Assembly: GCA_016186995.1 (NCBI GenBank)
Contig: JACPKQ010000020.1
Location: 9,330 to 73,329 of the forward strand
Length of the DNA stretch: 64,000 nt
Reading direction: 5' to 3'
Source of the DNA: Deltaproteobacteria bacterium
GTDB lineage: Bacteria; Bdellovibrionota; JACOXK01
A model generated the notes under the pieces. It had not been told where the DNA came from. It did no database searches and was given only the letters and a program-made list of their open reading frames with translations. The position numbers were made by a program, and so were the translations under genes. Positions 60,148 to 64,000 of this stretch are shown in pieces. Position 1 is the first letter of the stretch. Each line of letters begins with the position of its first letter.

Positions 60148-61214
60148 CTCTCAATGAACACTCAAATGTTTTAATCACAGGGTTTCCAGGATTTATTGGG
60201 AAGTTCTTAACAAGAGAGCTTGTTAAAACTCACCCCCATTTAAAACTGTGGCTTCTCACTCATCCTACAATGCACGAACAAGCACAAAAAACATTTCAAG
60301 AATTAAAACTGAACCCTCAAACACACCACATCGTTTTCGGAGACATTACAAAACCTCAGCTTGGTTTAGAAGGAGACACGTTAGAAAATATTCAAAAAAA
60401 CACCCATATCGTTTTTCATCTTGCTGCCATCTATGACCTCACTGTTCCAGAAAAAAAAGCTCACCATGTTAATGTGTTTGGCACACAAAACATGCTTGAT
60501 TTTTTTTCACACTCTCCTTCACTCATAAGATTTAATTATATTTCTACGTGCTACGTATCGGGCTCGGTGAAAGGCATCATAACACCCGATAAACTTCAGC
60601 AAAATCAATCATTTCATAATTTTTATGAATCCACAAAACACGCTGCCGAAGTCTTGGTAAAAAATAAAATAAATGATTTACCGATCACTATTTTCAGGCC
60701 TGCCATTGTTGTAGGGCACTCTCAAACAGGCGAAACCGAAAAGTTTGATGGCCCTTATGTAGTCATGAAGTTTCTCCACAGAATAAAATTCCTCTTAAGA
60801 TTAGTTCCTAATTTGGGCTATGATTATTGCGAAGTGAATACCGTGCCCGTTGATTATTTAGTGAAGGTTCTTGTTTATTTAGGTTTTAATGAAAAAGCTA
60901 AAGCGAAAACTTATCAAATCTGTGATGAAACGCCCCCTACAACGGAAGAATTCTTTGAAGAAATTGTCACAATAATAGGGCATGTTAAACCTTATCATTG
61001 CAGATTTCTCAAATACATTATTCTTAAACTTCTTCGCCTCTCGCTTGTTTCAAAAATAACAGGTATAACTCGGGAACATCTAGATTATTTTTTACATGAA
61101 GGAAGGTATCGTTCTCCAAACTTAAAAAAAGATCTTGAGGGTTCACATATGGAACTCGGCTCTTATAAAAAATTCTATCCAACCCTTTATCAATATATGA
61201 AGGATCACATATGA
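60144..61214 (+). CDS. Extended SDR (thioester/fatty-acyl reductase-like)
   Basis: TGFPGFIG, GDIT...LG, HLAAIYD, YESTK, RPAIVVG. Confidence 0.8.
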   Translation: MTLNEHSNVLITGFPGFIGKFLTRELVKTHPHLKLWLLTHPTMHEQAQKTFQELKLNPQTHHIVFGDITKPQLGLEGDTLENIQKNTHIVFHLAAIYDLTVPEKKAHHVNVFGTQNMLDFFSHSPSLIRFNYISTCYVSGSVKGIITPDKLQQNQSFHNFYESTKHAAEVLVKNKINDLPITIFRPAIVVGHSQTGETEKFDGPYVVMKFLHRIKFLLRLVPNLGYDYCEVNTVPVDYLVKVLVYLGFNEKAKAKTYQICDETPPTTEEFFEEIVTIIGHVKPYHCRFLKYIILKLLRLSLVSKITGITREHLDYFLHEGRYRSPNLKKDLEGSHMELGSYKKFYPTLYQYMKDHI

Positions 61215-61624
61215 ACCTCAATCTCTTTAGAAAAATGATGCTCTTGTGGAGTGTTTGTTTTTTAATAGCAGGTCTCTTCTTTATCATAACCCCACACACA
61301 GTCATTGCCCTTCTCAACCACAGTGCCCAACTCTTTCATTTTTCAAAGAGTATTCCTTTTCACGAGGATTACTTATGGCTTTCACTGGCTGGATCGATGA
61401 TGATCACTATTTCTTATTTAAGCTATGAGGCTTATAAAAATCCAAAAAACCATCCTGTTATACAGGGGCTTTTAATTTGCAAATTAGCAAGCTCTTTGCT
61501 TTTTATTATTTCTGCATGGAGAACCCAGAATAACACTTATTTGTTGGGAACAGCCGTCGATTTTCCTATTTTTTTAATTATTTTTATTTTTTATCTTCAA
61601 ACCAGGAGGTTGTCCCGGGAATGA
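61211..61624 (+). CDS. Hypothetical membrane protein
   Basis: Four TMs; translationally coupled to upstream SDR. Confidence 0.7.
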   Translation: MNLNLFRKMMLLWSVCFLIAGLFFIITPHTVIALLNHSAQLFHFSKSIPFHEDYLWLSLAGSMMITISYLSYEAYKNPKNHPVIQGLLICKLASSLLFIISAWRTQNNTYLLGTAVDFPIFLIIFIFYLQTRRLSRE

Positions 61625-61651
61625 CAGAGGGGGTTACAGGGATGACAAAGG
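61611..61651 (-). repeat. Partial GTCA-footed repeats supplying the stop codon of 61211-61624
   Basis: CCCGGGAATGACAGAGGGGGTTACAGGGATGACAAAG; similar to 43302-43329. Confidence 0.65.
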
Positions 61652-61654
61652 CTA

Positions 61655-62584
61655 ATGGATATTAAATTTAAATCTCAATTTCCGTTTTATGAAGTGTGGT
61701 ATGGAAAACTCAACATAGACACACAAAGAGCTTTCTGGTTTCGCTACACCCTTCTCCACGGACAACACCAAGAATCAGCACTCTGGGCTCTTTTTTTTGA
61801 TCAGGATAAAATTACTTATCAGAAAAAAAGTTTCATATTAGAAAACATCCGTTTATCGTCTGATGAAATTCATCTTCCACAAGGAAAGCTCACACATTCT
61901 TTATGTAAAGGAGAACTTCCTCACATCAAATGGACTCTCAGTTACAAAAATAGAGGTGGTAGTTTTGATCCAATCCCCCCTCTTTTAAAACTATTACATC
62001 TCACACAATCACATACCCATACACCCATGATTGACCTCGAATTTTCAGGAACTATTGAAGTAGAAAATAACATCCACACTTTTCAAAAGGCTCGTGGCAT
62101 GATTGGCCACGTATGGGGAAAAAAACAGGCCCATGCCTGGGCATGGGCGCACTGTAATCATTTTAAAGAATCGCAAGATATTATTTTTGAAGGTTTATCA
62201 GGAGAAATTCAGATTTTTAAAAAAACACTCAAACCCCTTACCTCTTTATATTTAAAATGGAATGGAAAAGAATATTATTTCAATACACTGATGCATTTAT
62301 TTAAAACATCTTCCTCCTATGGATACGGCTTTTGGAATTTTACTGCAACACACCCTGAAATCATCTTAGAGGGGAAAATAAAGAGCCTTCCACAAAATAT
62401 TGCTCAAGTACAATATACAGACACAGATGGCTCAACTCTCTATTGTTATAATTCAAAAAAAGCTAATCTAGAATTGACTCTTTGCAATCGGAAAAACCAT
62501 CAAAAAATGACACTTCATGCAGAACACACGGCAGCCTTGGAATGGGTCACAAGAACCCCTATGATGGAGCGCTCTCGTTTATGA
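61655..62584 (+). CDS. Tocopherol-cyclase-like beta-fold hypothetical protein
   Basis: FYEVWY, FWFRYT, GHVWG..QAHAWAWAHCN, YTDTDG...CYNS. Confidence 0.55.
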   Translation: MDIKFKSQFPFYEVWYGKLNIDTQRAFWFRYTLLHGQHQESALWALFFDQDKITYQKKSFILENIRLSSDEIHLPQGKLTHSLCKGELPHIKWTLSYKNRGGSFDPIPPLLKLLHLTQSHTHTPMIDLEFSGTIEVENNIHTFQKARGMIGHVWGKKQAHAWAWAHCNHFKESQDIIFEGLSGEIQIFKKTLKPLTSLYLKWNGKEYYFNTLMHLFKTSSSYGYGFWNFTATHPEIILEGKIKSLPQNIAQVQYTDTDGSTLYCYNSKKANLELTLCNRKNHQKMTLHAEHTAALEWVTRTPMMERSRL

Positions 62585-64000
62585 AAAGACCTCTTTTTTC
62601 TTGGACTCATGCCGTTTTAAAAAGTTATGCTGAGCTTCATGCTGAGCCTCATGACTTAAAAGAAACTCTCCACAAAGCACAAGAACACATTCAAAACTTA
62701 CCTTTTAAATACTATTTCTTATCTCAATTTTTCTTTTTTTTTATAGAATTTTTGATTCCTCTTTTTTATGGCGAGTTCGGGCGTTTTTCAAAATTACCTC
62801 GAGGAAAAACGCTTAAAATCATTCAAGCACTGCAACGAACAAAATTTCTTTTTTTGAGACTTTTTTTCTTCCTGTGTAAATCTCCTGTTTTGTTATCTCT
62901 TAAAACACTTAATTCTGAATACCCCTCTGTCATTCCAGCCCCCGATCGCAGTCGAGGGCAGGCTCCGGCTGGAATCCAGAAAAATAAAAATTCTGGATCC
63001 CAGACAATGCTTCGCATTTCTGGGATGACAAAAAAAGACGAAAGAAAAATATATGATTTTTGCGTTATAGGGTCAGGCGCCGGTGGCGCTGTCGCTGCTA
63101 GAGCTCTTCAAGAAAATGGCTTTCACGTTGCTCTTTTAGAAAAGGGTGGTTTTGCAAAAAAAGGGCACGATGAACTTTCCTCTTTTACAAAGTATTACCG
63201 AGATCAGGGGCTGATGGGTGCGCTCGGAAATACTTTCATTGGTGTTCCTACAGGAGAAGTGGTCGGGGGCACAACCAAAATTAACTCAGGCACTTGCTTT
63301 GAAACTCCACAATCTGTTGTAGAAGAGTGGCGCCATAGACTTCATTTAAATATTTCCTATGAAGAACTATTACCCCATTTTGAAAAGTTGAGAGATATTT
63401 TATCTATTCAAGAAGTTCCTTATGATAAGGTTTCCAACGCAAATAAACTTTTTGCTCACGGTTTGGAAGCTTTAGGTTTTAACAATCATTTTCCTCTCAA
63501 TCGTAATGCAAAAAATTGCGAAGGCTCTGGACGATGTTGCTTCATTTGCCCACAAGATGCCAAACAATCGACAGATATCGCCATGATACCTAAGTTTTTA
63601 AAACAAGGAGGCTCTCTTTTTACTCAAACAGAGGTGATAAGCATAAAAGAAAAAAAAGACCATGTTCTTTTAGTTTGCAAAAATCATTTGGGGGAAAAAA
63701 TTCTTTTCTCCTGTCAAAAACTTATTATTTCTGGGGGTGCACTCTCCTCACCTACCCTTATAAGAAAAAATAAATTAGGTTCTGAATGGAAAAAGGCAGG
63801 AAACAAATTAACCGTTCATCCCGCTGCAAAAGTTTTGGCAAAGTTTTCCTCAAATGTTCAAGGATGGCATGGGGTTCCTCAAGCTCTTGGATTTAAACAC
63901 CCTCATTTCCCGAGTCTTTCTTTTGAAGGTGTCTTCACCCCCCCTCAATTAGCAGCTATGGTTCTACCCCTTGAAGGAGAAGAGCTTAATGAATGGCTTA
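62581..64000 (+). CDS. GMC-family oxidoreductase (partial, runs off window; not in ORF track)
   Basis: Open from ATG 62581; YDFCVIGSGAGG, VVGGTTKINSG, CEGSGRCCFICP..AKQS, GGALSSP. Confidence 0.85.
   Translation, partial: MKRPLFSWTHAVLKSYAELHAEPHDLKETLHKAQEHIQNLPFKYYFLSQFFFFFIEFLIPLFYGEFGRFSKLPRGKTLKIIQALQRTKFLFLRLFFFLCKSPVLLSLKTLNSEYPSVIPAPDRSRGQAPAGIQKNKNSGSQTMLRISGMTKKDERKIYDFCVIGSGAGGAVAARALQENGFHVALLEKGGFAKKGHDELSSFTKYYRDQGLMGALGNTFIGVPTGEVVGGTTKINSGTCFETPQSVVEEWRHRLHLNISYEELLPHFEKLRDILSIQEVPYDKVSNANKLFAHGLEALGFNNHFPLNRNAKNCEGSGRCCFICPQDAKQSTDIAMIPKFLKQGGSLFTQTEVISIKEKKDHVLLVCKNHLGEKILFSCQKLIISGGALSSPTLIRKNKLGSEWKKAGNKLTVHPAAKVLAKFSSNVQGWHGVPQALGFKHPHFPSLSFEGVFTPPQLAAMVLPLEGEELNEWL
62929..63029. 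repeat. Inverted pair of GTCA-footed repeats in frame in the GMC gene
   Basis: GTCATTCCAGCC...GGCTGGAATCCAG and CTGGATCCCAGA...TCTGGGATGAC. Confidence 0.88.

Noticed and set aside
1953-63017. Many short antisense or overlapping ORFs in the track (e.g. 1953-2501, 29019-29345, 33190-33585, 43252-43644, 62823-63017)
   Set aside because: Shadows of well-supported genes with no motifs; 62823-63017 is just the repeat pair read on the other strand.

Overview
AT-rich bacterial chromosomal segment; gene content suggests an uncultured Bdellovibrionota/former-deltaproteobacterial lineage (inference only). In order: an alternative complex III operon (3' end of actA, actBCDEF), corA, an Rrf2-led SUF operon, an accessory-looking block (two paralogous matrixin lipoproteins, secreted orphans, gdh, an SDR/ADC-like/FAD-oxidoreductase operon, an unannotated maeB 3' remnant, tauE right behind tRNA-Ala(GGC)), lipid and housekeeping genes (ppi, gpsA, plsB-like, RRM, ptrB, hpf), a ~23 kb nitrate-to-ammonium cluster (Crp/Fnr, nrfHA, Moco genes with a MOT1-type transporter, narC-like-narGHJI-narK-narK-hemerythrin) and a putative ether-lipid cluster (alkyl-DHAP synthase, glpD, reductase, cyclase-like, GMC oxidoreductase running off the end). 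The main unexplained structure is a dense population (about 20) of short GC-rich palindromic repeats, mostly GTCA(T/C)-hairpin-ATC. Many are translated in frame inside or at the ends of conserved enzymes, and they show a strong chromosomal strand bias. An ATGAY-N4-ATCAW box also sits exactly 23 nt from a -10 hexamer at three respiratory promoters. No CRISPR array, rRNA, transposase or integrase was seen. All calls come from reading motifs by eye; no searches were run.
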